Shown: piece by piece, positions 11,587 to 22,601 of the stretch | Layout: the number at the start of each line of letters is the position of its first letter | Position numbering within the stretch: the stretch's first letter is position 1 | Source of the DNA: an uncultured cyanobacterium | GTDB taxonomy: Bacteria; Cyanobacteriota; Cyanobacteriia; Cyanobacteriales; Cyanobacteriaceae | DNA: 64,000 bases | Direction of reading: 5' to 3' | NCBI GenBank assembly: GCA_963710605.1 | Contig: CAVQBA010000007.1 | Location: forward strand, 128,001-192,000 | Program-made: the position numbers and the translations under genes | The notes under the pieces: model-generated | The model's input: the letters and a program-made list of their open reading frames with translations, nothing else | Database searches by the model: none | Told to the model about the DNA's origin: nothing

Positions 11587-13479
11587 ATGAAGAATATTGA
11601 TCAAGGTAGAAGAAAGAAAAAAAATCAACGTCATAAACTACTAAATTTATTAGCAGGTACTTTGCTTTTTGGGCAAACACTTTTAGGTGGTGGTAGTATC
11701 CTTGCCCAAGACAAAGAGAGTGATTATAGCTATAGTGATCTTTTAAAAGGAATCGATGCAGGAAATGTTGAAAGAATTGTTTCTGATCCTTCGACCAATG
11801 TTGCTAAAGTTTATTTAAAAGGGGGCGATGAAAAAAATCCTGAAAGAGTTGCTCTGTTTTATCAAAACCCTGAATTAATTAAAACTATTAGAGAAAAAGA
11901 TATTGAATTTGTAGTTGATTCCTCGGTGGAGAAAACTACAGCCGTTATCAATATGATTCAAGTGGGTATTTTGTTGATGTTGATTTTGGGTTTGTTTTTA
12001 CTTATCAAACGAAGTGCTAACAGTGCCGCAGGAGCGATGAATTTTGGTAAATCACGAGCCAAATTCCAAATGGAGGCGGCGACTGGTGTTGGCTTTAATG
12101 ATGTGGCAGGAATTGAAGAAGCAAAGGAAGAATTAGAAGAGGTAGTTACTTTTCTGAAAAATCCTGAAAAATTTACCGCTATTGGTGCAAGAATTCCTCG
12201 TGGTGTCTTGTTAGTAGGACCTCCAGGGACTGGTAAAACTTTACTAGCTAAAGCGATCGCCGGGGAAGCACAAGTGCCTTTTTTCAGTATTTCTGGTTCG
12301 GAATTTGTTGAGATGTTTGTTGGAGTTGGTGCTTCTCGTGTGCGAGATTTATTCCGCAAAGCTAAAGAAAGTGCTCCTTGTCTCATCTTTATTGATGAAA
12401 TTGATGCGGTTGGCAGACAAAGGGGTTCGGGTTATGGCGGTGGTAACGATGAACGAGAACAAACTTTAAATCAGTTGTTAACAGAAATGGATGGTTTTGA
12501 GGGTAATACGGGGATTATCGTTATTGCGGCGACTAACCGCCCTGATGTACTTGATAGTGCCTTGCTTCGCCCTGGTAGATTCGATCGACAAGTGTTAGTT
12601 GATTACCCTGATTTAGATGGGCGTTACTCCATTTTGCAAGTTCATGCCAATGACAAAAAAGTTGATCAAGAAGTTAGTTTACATACCATTGCTAAACGTA
12701 CACCCGGTTTTTCAGGAGCAGACTTAGCTAATTTACTTAATGAGGCGGCTATTTTGACGGCGAGAAGAAGAAAAGACGCTATTACTATGTTAGAGATAGA
12801 TCAAGCGATCGATCGAGTTATAGCAGGCATGGAAGGTGTACCATTAGTAGATAGTAAAAGTAAACGTCTAATTGCTTATCATGAAGTTGGTCATGCGATT
12901 ATTGGTACTATTACCCAAGGTCACGATCGTGTTGAGAAAGTTACATTGATACCCAGAGGGCAAGCCGCTGGATTAACTTGGTTTACTCCTGATGAAGAGC
13001 AAGGATTGATTTCTCGTAGCCAACTTTATGCTCGTATTACTGGTTTGTTAGGCGGAAGAGCGGCAGAAGAAGTCGTTTTTGGTCATGATGAAGTAACTAT
13101 CGGTGCAAGTAATGACATTGAAAAAGTAACTAGTCTTACTCGTCAGATGGTAACTAAATATGGAATGTCTGATCTTGGTCCCTTAGCTTTAGAAGGTAGT
13201 CAGCAACCAATCTTTATCGGTGGAGAATCGGGTAATCATTCAGAATATTCTCAAGATATAGCGGCAAAGATTGATGAGCAAATAAGAACGATCGTTTTTG
13301 GTTGTTATGAGAATGCAAAACAAATCATCCGTGAGAATAAAGCTGTGGTTGATTATTTAGTTGATCTTTTAATCGAACAAGAAACGATCGACGGTGATAC
13401 TTTTCGCAAAATTGTGGAAAAATATTTAGCCCAATCCCCTGTCTTGACAAAATCACCAGTATTAACAAAAATAGTTTAA
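11587..13479 (+). CDS. ftsH: ATP-dependent zinc metalloprotease FtsH
   Basis: [21 protein letters not shown] ([10 protein letters not shown]), HEVGH. Confidence 0.97.
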   Translation: MKNIDQGRRKKKNQRHKLLNLLAGTLLFGQTLLGGGSILAQDKESDYSYSDLLKGIDAGNVERIVSDPSTNVAKVYLKGGDEKNPERVALFYQNPELIKTIREKDIEFVVDSSVEKTTAVINMIQVGILLMLILGLFLLIKRSANSAAGAMNFGKSRAKFQMEAATGVGFNDVAGIEEAKEELEEVVTFLKNPEKFTAIGARIPRGVLLVGPPGTGKTLLAKAIAGEAQVPFFSISGSEFVEMFVGVGASRVRDLFRKAKESAPCLIFIDEIDAVGRQRGSGYGGGNDEREQTLNQLLTEMDGFEGNTGIIVIAATNRPDVLDSALLRPGRFDRQVLVDYPDLDGRYSILQVHANDKKVDQEVSLHTIAKRTPGFSGADLANLLNEAAILTARRRKDAITMLEIDQAIDRVIAGMEGVPLVDSKSKRLIAYHEVGHAIIGTITQGHDRVEKVTLIPRGQAAGLTWFTPDEEQGLISRSQLYARITGLLGGRAAEEVVFGHDEVTIGASNDIEKVTSLTRQMVTKYGMSDLGPLALEGSQQPIFIGGESGNHSEYSQDIAAKIDEQIRTIVFGCYENAKQIIRENKAVVDYLVDLLIEQETIDGDTFRKIVEKYLAQSPVLTKSPVLTKIV

Positions 13480-13510
13480 TCTTATTTCAAACTAAATATT
13501 CAATAATAAT

Positions 13511-13540
13511 AGGGTGCAATTAAATTTTTCTTTGCACCCT
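13511..13540. terminator. stem-loop between convergent genes
   Basis: AGGGTGCAA-N12-TTGCACCCT; no clear U-tract. Confidence 0.5.
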
Positions 13541-13614
13541 TAGATCGATCGTTTCTTTAAATTTTTATGATGAGCAATACTTATTATCTGTTGTCTATCT
13601 GGAAATCGTAGCAA

Positions 13615-13899
13615 CTAATTAGCATTAGCTAGATCGTAACCTGCATCTGTAAAATAATCTTGTTTGAATCTAGGTAAATAATTTTGATCATGTTCTAAAT
13701 TAAAGACGATCGGTGTCGAGACTTCGGCTACTAAAACCATTGTTTGCGGATCGATTATCTTACCCCAATGAGACAGACTGTTATAAAATCCTTTTAATCC
13801 ACCTACTAATTCCACAGCTTTAGCCGAAGAATCGTCTAAGATTTTATCGATGTATTTTTGATCGATTTTGGTTTGTTGTTTTTTGATCTCTAATTTCAT
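13615..13899 (-). CDS. hypothetical protein
   Basis: 94-aa ORF filling an intergenic gap, ATG start. Confidence 0.55.
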   Translation of the reverse strand: MKLEIKKQQTKIDQKYIDKILDDSSAKAVELVGGLKGFYNSLSHWGKIIDPQTMVLVAEVSTPIVFNLEHDQNYLPRFKQDYFTDAGYDLANAN

Positions 13900-14099
13900 T
13901 TTTATTCTGTATCTTTTACTACACCTTCTCTAATATAGTATAAATTGATACCGAATGTTGTGTATTTTTATGTACGGTTTCCACGATCGTCAAGTTAAAT
14001 GATTAGGAATTAACAACAGAGAATTATTCACTATTAGGTTTTAGGTTTTAGAAATAAAAGAGGAAGGAGTATTAATTGCTAATTCCTAATTACTAACTG

Positions 14100-15515
14100 C
14101 TAATTTTCCACTGTTATCTGTTCACCATTTACTGTTGGAGTAGATTGTACAAGTAAAGTTAAACCAGCGGCGATAACTAAGAAAACACCACCTAAAACAA
14201 CTGCCATCAGCCGATTATCATTGAGTAGATAATTCATCACCCAACCAAAACATAGAGATACAGCAATTTCAGGTAAAACAATAAAAAAGTTAAATATTCC
14301 TTGATAGATACCTCGACGTTGAGGGGGAATTGAGCCTGTAAGCATCGCATAAGGCATTACTAAGGCACTTGCCCAAGCGACACCAAAACCAACCATTACA
14401 ATTAAAAGTAAATATTTATTAGTGATAAAAAGTAACGAAATTAAACTGATTCCACCACAAAGTAAAGACAGAGAATGAGTAGTTTGACGACCAATTTTTT
14501 GACCTAGATAGGGTAAGACAAAAGAAAAACCAATACAAACAGCATTAAACACAGCAAAACAAATACCTGCCCATTCAATTCCTTCACTATAAACGATCGA
14601 ATCTTGAGTTAATGCCCCAAAAATATTTCGGGCTACAGCAGGAGGAAAATAAAGGAAAAAACAAAATATACCCAACCAAGTAAAAAACTGTACCTTTGCC
14701 AACTGACTCATTATCGGCGGCATTTGTTTGAGTGCATACCAACTTTCACGGATGCTACTTGTTATCCCTCCTCTTTCTTGTTTTAAAACCTCAAATTTAT
14801 CTAAATCGGCGGGAGGATACTCAGGGGTTGTCACCACCGTCCAAATTACTGTACCTAAAAAAAGTATTGCTCCTAGATAAAAAGAATACTCTACAGTAAG
14901 AGGAATAGTATGAACCGAATCACTAGTATTTTGTACCGAGAAAAGATGACTTAAAATCCAAGGTAAAGCCGAAGCACAAACCGCACCCATCCCCACCATA
15001 ATACTTTGAAGAGCAAATCCTTTTGTTCTTTGTTCTTTCGGTAACAAATCGCCGACAAATGCCCGAAAAGGCACCATACTTACATTAGCACTAGTATCTA
15101 ATATCCATAATAAAACTGCCGCCATTGCTAAATTAGAAGAGCGAGGCATAAAGATTAAAGCAAAAGCCGCTAAAATTGCTCCACCTAGAAAATAAGGTCT
15201 TCTTCTACCTAACCAAGTCCATGTATAATCGCTCAAGTTACCAATAATAGGTTGTACAATCAAACCCGTTAATGGTGCGGCTATCCATAAAATCGGTAAC
15301 TGATGGGCATCTGCACCTAAATATTCAAAAATAGCACTCATATTCGCCATTTGTAGCCCCCATCCAAACTGAATACCTAAAAAACCAATATTCATATTCC
15401 ATAGCTGTAATAAGCTAAATAAAGGTTTTTGGGAGGCTGAATTTAAGTCGGGTGCTGATTCTTCTACTTGATTAATTGATGTTTCTTGAGTATTCATGCA
15501 GTTGTTTATGAGCAA
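14100..15515 (-). CDS. MFS sugar (maltose/sucrose, SLC45-like) transporter
   Basis: WNMNIGFLGIQFGWGLQ and GRRRPY motifs; ~12 hydrophobic segments. Confidence 0.9.
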   Translation of the reverse strand: MLINNCMNTQETSINQVEESAPDLNSASQKPLFSLLQLWNMNIGFLGIQFGWGLQMANMSAIFEYLGADAHQLPILWIAAPLTGLIVQPIIGNLSDYTWTWLGRRRPYFLGGAILAAFALIFMPRSSNLAMAAVLLWILDTSANVSMVPFRAFVGDLLPKEQRTKGFALQSIMVGMGAVCASALPWILSHLFSVQNTSDSVHTIPLTVEYSFYLGAILFLGTVIWTVVTTPEYPPADLDKFEVLKQERGGITSSIRESWYALKQMPPIMSQLAKVQFFTWLGIFCFFLYFPPAVARNIFGALTQDSIVYSEGIEWAGICFAVFNAVCIGFSFVLPYLGQKIGRQTTHSLSLLCGGISLISLLFITNKYLLLIVMVGFGVAWASALVMPYAMLTGSIPPQRRGIYQGIFNFFIVLPEIAVSLCFGWVMNYLLNDNRLMAVVLGGVFLVIAAGLTLLVQSTPTVNGEQITVEN

Positions 15516-15700
15516 TTAATATTCAATCAGCTCAATTGTAAGGTTTTTCTTAGGAATATTTATTTTATCAACAATTTTTAAACTTAACATATTTTAATAA
15601 TTACTTATTTACTGAAGGAGGAAAAATCTAAATATTTAATTCTTAATTCTCAATTAGATCTTTATCTGGTATAGTTAAACAAAATTTTTGAGGATGAAGA

Positions 15701-16060
15701 ATGACCAATATAGAATCGATTATTGATACTTATGTTTTGGGTTGGAATAGCAATAATTCTGAACAAAGAAAAGAGTTAATGAAGCAAGTTTTAACTCAAG
15801 ATTGTCTTTACTTTGATTCTCATTTACCTGAGCCGACTGAAGGTAAGGATTTACATTGCCAATTTATCGATCGTTTTCGGTCAAAGTTTGATGATTTAAG
15901 TTTGAAATTAACTTCTACCCCTACTACTCATCACGGTTATTTTCGTTTTACATGGCAAATGGTGAAGGCTGATCAAAGTATTTTTGTTCAAGGTAACTTT
16001 TTCGGTGAGTTAGATCAAGAAGATAAAATTACTAAGTTAGTTGGTTTTGTCGATAGTTAG
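15701..16060 (+). CDS. SnoaL-like / NTF2-fold protein
   Basis: Y..GWN....R, RFTW, G.FFGE and KITKLVGF pattern. Confidence 0.75.
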   Translation: MTNIESIIDTYVLGWNSNNSEQRKELMKQVLTQDCLYFDSHLPEPTEGKDLHCQFIDRFRSKFDDLSLKLTSTPTTHHGYFRFTWQMVKADQSIFVQGNFFGELDQEDKITKLVGFVDS

Positions 16061-16202
16061 TTAACCTTAATTAGGTTTAAGAATTACTAATTTTGAATCA
16101 GTTTTAGGTAATGGAGAATGGAGATGAATTCTTGCTCTTCGAGCAATTATTCGAGGAGAATTAAAAATGATTGTTATACTTTTAACTTTTAACTTTTAAC
16201 TA

Positions 16203-18653
16203 TTAGTTGTCTCTTTTAATACCATCAACTACTGGTGTAATACCTGTTCCTCCCTCAAAAGGGGCAGAATTGCCATCCCAATTAAAGTCACTAATTTGGA
16301 AATTGATTGAGCCAATTTCTAACACAGGATTGTAACGTAAGATTACATTGTAAGTGCGACGGCTGTATTCAAGAAAATAATCAGTACTAATTTCTTCGCT
16401 ATTATCGATACTATAAAATGTTTGTAAACCAGCTCTAAATGGTCCATACAATTGCTGAGTCAACCCTGCTGATAATACTTGAGAATCGACAGCTCGATCG
16501 AATAAAAAGGGTGATTCGTCCCCGATAATTCCTTGACTAAAACTAAGATTAAAACCTGTATAATCGAAAAATGGACGAGAAAAATAACCAAATTGTCCTT
16601 CTAAGCCAATAGTCGCTGTCAAATTAGGTTGATTATCTCCATTGCTGTAATAACTAGCTACACCTGTCAAATTTGTATTTAGCCTTAAATAAGGTGCAAC
16701 AGGAGTAGAAGTATATTTTAAACCTTCTTCAGCAGTGGCAGGTAATGGTTCACTTGACCATAATAAGAAATTACCACTGATTAAAGCGGCGGCTTGATAA
16801 CGTGTGAGATTGGTTAAATTATCATCTCGAATAGGCTCTAATAATTCAACTCGATCGGTATCAGCAAGAACATTTTGAATTGAGCCTTGATATTGAATAT
16901 TAAAACGAGTATTGCCAATGGGGATATAAGGTGAAGAAATTACCGCCCCAAAACTTTGTTGTACCGTTCTAAATCCTAACGAACCATTAAAAAGTCGATC
17001 TCGATAGTTGTATTGTAAACTTAGATTGTATGGTGCGGATAAATCACCTACTTTTTGGTTTAATCTAATTGTGGCACGTAAACGATCGTCAATATTATCA
17101 AAATCTAAGCCAGTCAAATTACCAATCGCTCTTAGATTAGTACGTTCTGAAAAATTAGCTTCTAGTCTGCTAACCAAACCATAACTTGAGCCACTTAATA
17201 AACTACCATCGTCATCTTCCTCATCTTCATCGGGAAAAAATGCTCTTTGAAGTAAAATTTGTGGTGTTAAAGAAAAGAAAAAGTTTTCGTTGCTATAAAT
17301 ATCAAATTCTCTTTCGATATATAATCCGCCTAAATCTTCACCATCAAAACCAATGGTAAATAAACCCGGATTTCGCTCACGACGATCGAATACTAAACGG
17401 TTACGAAAAATAGGTATCGAAAAACCTTGGTCGAATACTAACCGAGAATTAGTTGTTACTAACTCATCTCTCAAAGGAGATATTTTGGTTAGATAAGCAG
17501 TATCAGCTCTAATTTCAAATTCAGGAGGAGAAAAAGGATCATTTGTAATTCTAATATTAACTGCTTCCCAACCATCGCTATCAAAATTTACTTTTTCAGC
17601 TTGAAAACGAAAACGATTAATTTTTCCTCCAGTGGCATTAGTGCTATTTCGATTTCTGCCTGATTGTTCTAAAATTGCTAACTCTCTCACACTTCCTACC
17701 ACAAAGCTATAACCACCTTCAGAAACGACTCTTCTTAATGGTTGATTCACTTGTAGTTGAGAAGTTAGTGGTTGTGATTGAATCGGATTATTATTATTTT
17801 CAAAATCAGTATCTTGATTCAAACTTGGTTGATATATTTCTCCACTAGCGTTAAAAATAACTCCTTTATCTTCGACAAAATAATACTCAAATCGATCGCC
17901 TTTGAGTAATTGCTCTCCTCTTTGTAAATTAACATTATCTTGAGCTACTGCTACTCTATCTACTAAATTTACTAATACTTGATCAGCAATTAAAATACCA
18001 TTAGCAAAACGAATAACAACATTTCCTTTCGCTCTAATAATTTGTTCTCGATCTAAATATTCCTGCTCGTCTGCTAAAATTTCGACTACATTTAGAGGTG
18101 TTTCAATCTGATTATTAATTGTTTCTTCTTCTATGTTATTTTCTAAATCTTGGTTATCTTCTTCCTCTGTGTTATTTTCCAAATCTTGGTTATCTTCTTC
18201 CTCTATAATCGGTTCTATAATCAAATCATCTTGAACCAATTTAAATTTTTGAGAATCTACCTCAAATTTAAAATGACGAATCTTGCCTTGACGAGTTTTA
18301 GTGACTAAAATACGATCGCCCATCGCCGTTTCTTTAACACGATCGGGTTTTTTCCAGTTAACCGACGATTGAGACTGTTCTAAATTGGATGTTTCTTCAT
18401 TTACTGTTATTGGTTGCCCTAAAGATTCAGCCGTCGTATTTGGATCGATAGGATGTTCGATCGTGATTGGGATGTTTTCTGGTGACAAGGAAGAATCAGC
18501 AATAATCAACGGTGGATTTTGAGGCTCATCTACTCTATCTTCTGCCAAAATAAGAGACGATCGATTTTCGTCCGTAGTCGAACGCTCTTCAATTAATGAA
18601 GCATCAGCAGGTAGAGAAATTAAAATACTACTTAAAATAGGTATCATCATCAC
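16203..18653 (-). CDS. DUF3769 domain protein (cyanobacterial LptD/OstA-like outer-membrane protein)
   Basis: ADEQEY..A.GNV, RITNDPFSPPE and FLFDR motifs; C-terminal LRYNPVL..GS..ISDFNW. Confidence 0.85.
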   Translation of the reverse strand: MMMIPILSSILISLPADASLIEERSTTDENRSSLILAEDRVDEPQNPPLIIADSSLSPENIPITIEHPIDPNTTAESLGQPITVNEETSNLEQSQSSVNWKKPDRVKETAMGDRILVTKTRQGKIRHFKFEVDSQKFKLVQDDLIIEPIIEEEDNQDLENNTEEEDNQDLENNIEEETINNQIETPLNVVEILADEQEYLDREQIIRAKGNVVIRFANGILIADQVLVNLVDRVAVAQDNVNLQRGEQLLKGDRFEYYFVEDKGVIFNASGEIYQPSLNQDTDFENNNNPIQSQPLTSQLQVNQPLRRVVSEGGYSFVVGSVRELAILEQSGRNRNSTNATGGKINRFRFQAEKVNFDSDGWEAVNIRITNDPFSPPEFEIRADTAYLTKISPLRDELVTTNSRLVFDQGFSIPIFRNRLVFDRRERNPGLFTIGFDGEDLGGLYIEREFDIYSNENFFFSLTPQILLQRAFFPDEDEEDDDGSLLSGSSYGLVSRLEANFSERTNLRAIGNLTGLDFDNIDDRLRATIRLNQKVGDLSAPYNLSLQYNYRDRLFNGSLGFRTVQQSFGAVISSPYIPIGNTRFNIQYQGSIQNVLADTDRVELLEPIRDDNLTNLTRYQAAALISGNFLLWSSEPLPATAEEGLKYTSTPVAPYLRLNTNLTGVASYYSNGDNQPNLTATIGLEGQFGYFSRPFFDYTGFNLSFSQGIIGDESPFLFDRAVDSQVLSAGLTQQLYGPFRAGLQTFYSIDNSEEISTDYFLEYSRRTYNVILRYNPVLEIGSINFQISDFNWDGNSAPFEGGTGITPVVDGIKRDN
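18134..18205. repeat. 2 x 36-bp in-frame tandem repeat
   Basis: TGTTATTTTC(T/C)AAATCTTGGTTATCTTCTTCCTCT(G/A) twice; encodes EEEDNQDLENN(T/I). Confidence 0.9.
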
Positions 18654-18828
18654 CGAATTGATTTTTAGCTAAATGGGTAGTCAACGAAATAATTGGTTCA
18701 CCAGAATAATTGACAATAATTAAACATTAACAAGTATAGACGATTGTAATTGATAATTGATAATACTATACTTGATACCCGCCTTATCGATATACTAAGA
18801 TCTATAATCTATTTTTTCTTTCTTTCAA

Positions 18829-18867
18829 TCCCCCTCCTTCGGAAGGAGGGGTTAGGGGTGGTTGATA
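18829..18867. repeat. left inverted repeat / GC hairpin flanking the DUF559 gene
   Basis: TCCCCCTCCTTCGGAAGGAGGGGTTAGGGGTGGTTGATA; near reverse complement of 19308-19345; degenerate tandem copy at 18868-18895. Confidence 0.9.
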
Positions 18868-18912
18868 CCTTGACAAGCAGGGGCTAGGCGTGGTTACTAT
18901 AGACAAAAAAAA

Positions 18913-19305
18913 ATGAGTGATAAATCAGCTAAAGAGACACCATCATATAAATTAGTTAGTAACCTTAAACAGAAAAGAAAATTAAGACGATCGTTACGCA
19001 ACAACGCCACACAAGCCGAACAAATACTTTGGAAATCGATACAAGGGAAAAAACTAGATGGTTTTAAATTCAGGAGACAAAACTCGATCGATCGATACAT
19101 ATTAGACTTTTTTTGTCCTGGTGCTAATTTAGCGATCGAATTAGATGGTGACACTCATTATACTGACGAAGCGATCGAATACGATCGAATTAGGGATGAA
19201 TACTTGCAAGCAGTAGGAATTAAAGTGATTCGTTATCCCAATCATCAAGTACTTGAAAATCTAGATGGTGTTTTAGAAGATATACGCAAATATTTACCAA
19301 TTTAA
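18913..19305 (+). CDS. DUF559 endonuclease-domain protein (Vsr/YcjD-like)
   Basis: LR.N.T.AE..LW, FKFRRQ, YILDF, IELDGDTH, D..RD.YL and G..VIR motifs. Confidence 0.93.
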   Translation: MSDKSAKETPSYKLVSNLKQKRKLRRSLRNNATQAEQILWKSIQGKKLDGFKFRRQNSIDRYILDFFCPGANLAIELDGDTHYTDEAIEYDRIRDEYLQAVGIKVIRYPNHQVLENLDGVLEDIRKYLPI

Positions 19306-19307
19306 AT

Positions 19308-19345
19308 TATCAACCACCCCCAGCCCCTCCTTCAAAGGAGGGGAG
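19308..19345. repeat. right inverted repeat / GC hairpin flanking the DUF559 gene
   Basis: TATCAACCACCCCCAGCCCCTCCTTCAAAGGAGGGGAG, starting 3 bp after the stop codon. Confidence 0.9.
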
Positions 19346-19400
19346 TAGTTCTTCTTTTAATAAATAATATCTCAATAATTTTCACCTTTAACTAACTAAT

Positions 19401-22400
19401 ATGAATAGCGATCGAATTATTACTAAACTCAAAAATTTAACTGAATTAGACGTTCAAAATAATTGGTATTTTACAGATGAAAATTTAACTAATCCTCCTT
19501 TAGAAATATCATCACAATGGCAAAAAGCAGTAGTTAACGAAAATAAATATTTAGTTTGGGAAAAAGGCGATCGAGTTAGATGGTTTGCTCAAAAAATTAC
19601 TATTCCTGTTAGTTTAAATAAAGATAATTATCCCCTCAAAGATTTATCATTAAGAATAAAATTAACTTGGTGGGCTCAATCTGCTCAAATATTTGTTAAT
19701 GGTAAATTAGTTAATGAAGGCGATCTTTTTGATTCTTCTTGTCGAGTTTTGTTAACCCAAAAAGTAGTCGCTAATCAAGAATTTTTGGTCGCTTTACGTT
19801 TAGTTAGTCCCAGCCACGATATTGGCGGTTTAATGTTTTCTCAGTGTCTTTATGAGAGCGAATACGACAAGTTAGATCCTAGTTTTGTCGCTAACGAAAT
19901 TGCTATTATCGATAAATATATTACTAACTTTCATCCCGAAGAAAAAAGCTTTTTCGATGAGTATCTTCAACAAATTGATTGGCAAGTAATTAGTAATCGA
20001 TCGTTATTTAATCAACAATTAAACCAATTTAGACAAACTATTTTACCTTTAGCAAAATATATCAAACAAAGAAGTTTTAATTTACTAGGTCACGCTCATT
20101 TAGATATGGCTTGGTTATGGACGATTGAAGAAACTTACGATGTAGCTGAACGTACTTTTAATTCTGTTTTAAACTTACAAAAAGATAACGAAAATTTAGT
20201 ATTTGGTCATACAACCGCTTATCTTTATCAATGGATAGAAGAACACAATCCTGACTTATTTAATAAGATTAAAGACGCAATTAGTAAGGGAAAATGGGAA
20301 GTTTTAGGAGGAATGTGGGTTGAGCCTGAAGTTAATTTAATTAGTGGCGAATCGCTGGTAAGACAACTGTTATACGGGCAGAAATACTCTCTCGAAAAAT
20401 TTGGTAAATACGATCGAGTCGCTTGGTTGCCCGATACCTTTGGTTTTCCTTGGCAGTTACCGCAAATTTTACGACAAGCGAACATAGAATACTTTGTCAC
20501 AGGAAAACTACATTGGAATGATACTAATAAATTTCCTCATGGTTGTTTTTGGTGGCAATCTCCCGATGGCAGTCAAATTTTTACCGCTATGTCTCCCCCC
20601 AATGTAGCAGGCGTTATGGACACTCATCCGCTTGTGATGACAGATTATAGCGTAGAGTGGGAAAATCAAACAGGCTTGCAAGATAGCTTCTGGTTGCCCG
20701 GTGTTGGCGATCATGGTGGTGGTCCTACTCGTGATATGTTGGATGTAGCTAAACGTTATCAAGATTCTCCTTTTTTTCCTCAGCTCAACTTCAGCACTGC
20801 TAGTCAATATCTAGATAAAATCAGTCATACTTCTAATCATGATGATTTTCCTGTTTGGGATAACGAACTTTATTTAGAATTACATCGAGGTTGTTATACT
20901 ACTCATGCTGACCAGAAGTATTACAATCGTTACGCCGAAAGATTACTCTATCAAGCTGAGTTATTTGCGACGATCGATTATATCTTAGCTCAGAAATATC
21001 AAGCCGACTTTAAAGCGAATAATGAGACTCAACAACAAATTAAGCATATATGGCAAAAAGTACTGTTGAACCAATTTCATGATATTCTTCCTGGTACATC
21101 GATTCCACCTGTTTTTACTGCCAGTAATCAACTTTGGGGTGAGGTGATTGAAGAAGGAGAAACTATATTGAATAATAGCTTACATTCGATCGCTTCTTAT
21201 ATTGATGTTCCTACCTTACCAGATCTATCAGCACAAGTAATTGTTGTGTTTAATAGTCTTAACTGGAAACGATCGCAAATCGTTGAATTAGAAGTTAATC
21301 CTACTCAATATACTATTTACGATTCACAACATAGTCAATTAATAACACAAGTATCTCACGATGAAAAATTACTATTTTTAGCCGAAGATATTCCTAGTGT
21401 CGGCTACAAATTATTTTATCTGGTTTCTACAAATTCACCTAAAAATATTGACGAAATTAATCAAGAAACTTCTATCTCCGAATCTTCATTTATGATGAAA
21501 AACGATAATTTAAAAATTATTATCGATCGTCAAACAGGAAATTTAACTAATGTTTATGACATAGTAAATCAAAAAGAAATTGTCAAGGGTCAAGCAAATG
21601 AATTACAATTATTTCAAGATTCTGGTCAATATTGGGATGCTTGGAATATCGATCCTAATTATGAACAACATTTGTTAGATACTCCTGAGGTAAAATCGAT
21701 TAAATGGTTAGAAAAAGGAAAACTTAGACAAATAATTAGAGTAGAAAAAATATTTAATAAATCTTCTTTTATTCAAGACTACATTTTAGAAACTAATTCG
21801 CCAATTATCAAAATAAAAAATCAGGTTAATTGGCAAGAAGATTACACCTTATTAAAAGTTAATTTTCCTTGCAAGATTGAAAGTGATTATGTAACCTACG
21901 AAATAGCTTGTGGTAGTATCAAAAGGACAACTAAACCCGTCACAGCCACCGAAAAAGCCCAATGGGAAGTTTATGGACATCAATGGGCAGATTTAGGTAA
22001 TGATGATTATGGTGTTAGTTTAATCACTGATAGTAAGTATGGATATGATAGTAAGCCTAATCAGTTACGGTTGAGTTTATTAAGAAGTCCTAAATGGCCA
22101 GATTCTCAATGCGATCGAGGTCAACATAATTTTACTTATGCTTTATATCCTCATCAAAATAGTTGGCAAAAAGCCCAAACAGTACGTCAAGGTTATCAGT
22201 TAAATACTCCTTTACAAACTATATTTTTATCCTCATTAAATAATCAATTAACTAATTTGTCTTCTACAGAAACTTTTATCGATTTTGGTTCAGATAATTT
22301 AATTTTAATATCTTTTAAACAAGCTGAAGATTGTAGTAATAAGTTTATTCTTCGTGGTTATGAATCTCACCATCAACCAGCATTATTTACTTCAACAAAA

Positions 22401-22517
22401 ATGTTAGATTTATCTATTTTAAAACCTGTTAATTTGTTAGAAGATAGTTTAGATAATCACGATCGTGATTTTAAGACAATTAAACCGAGTAGTATTTTTA
22501 CTTTCTTACTTAGTTAA
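19401..22517 (+). CDS. alpha-mannosidase (GH38)
   Basis: GHAHLDMAWLW, WLPDTFG, GDHGGGP, ELYLELHRG and QFHDILPG motifs. Confidence 0.95.
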   Translation: MNSDRIITKLKNLTELDVQNNWYFTDENLTNPPLEISSQWQKAVVNENKYLVWEKGDRVRWFAQKITIPVSLNKDNYPLKDLSLRIKLTWWAQSAQIFVNGKLVNEGDLFDSSCRVLLTQKVVANQEFLVALRLVSPSHDIGGLMFSQCLYESEYDKLDPSFVANEIAIIDKYITNFHPEEKSFFDEYLQQIDWQVISNRSLFNQQLNQFRQTILPLAKYIKQRSFNLLGHAHLDMAWLWTIEETYDVAERTFNSVLNLQKDNENLVFGHTTAYLYQWIEEHNPDLFNKIKDAISKGKWEVLGGMWVEPEVNLISGESLVRQLLYGQKYSLEKFGKYDRVAWLPDTFGFPWQLPQILRQANIEYFVTGKLHWNDTNKFPHGCFWWQSPDGSQIFTAMSPPNVAGVMDTHPLVMTDYSVEWENQTGLQDSFWLPGVGDHGGGPTRDMLDVAKRYQDSPFFPQLNFSTASQYLDKISHTSNHDDFPVWDNELYLELHRGCYTTHADQKYYNRYAERLLYQAELFATIDYILAQKYQADFKANNETQQQIKHIWQKVLLNQFHDILPGTSIPPVFTASNQLWGEVIEEGETILNNSLHSIASYIDVPTLPDLSAQVIVVFNSLNWKRSQIVELEVNPTQYTIYDSQHSQLITQVSHDEKLLFLAEDIPSVGYKLFYLVSTNSPKNIDEINQETSISESSFMMKNDNLKIIIDRQTGNLTNVYDIVNQKEIVKGQANELQLFQDSGQYWDAWNIDPNYEQHLLDTPEVKSIKWLEKGKLRQIIRVEKIFNKSSFIQDYILETNSPIIKIKNQVNWQEDYTLLKVNFPCKIESDYVTYEIACGSIKRTTKPVTATEKAQWEVYGHQWADLGNDDYGVSLITDSKYGYDSKPNQLRLSLLRSPKWPDSQCDRGQHNFTYALYPHQNSWQKAQTVRQGYQLNTPLQTIFLSSLNNQLTNLSSTETFIDFGSDNLILISFKQAEDCSNKFILRGYESHHQPALFTSTKMLDLSILKPVNLLEDSLDNHDRDFKTIKPSSIFTFLLS

Positions 22518-22601
22518 TCTGGTTGTATTTACGTTATATAGCAAATTCAAAAATGTTATTTATCTACGACTTTTTATGCTTAATGAGTTTATAGCTGATT
22601 A

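Noticed and set aside
13432-13470. C-terminal SPVLTK duplication in FtsH
   Set aside because: Trivial 18-bp tail duplication with no functional inference
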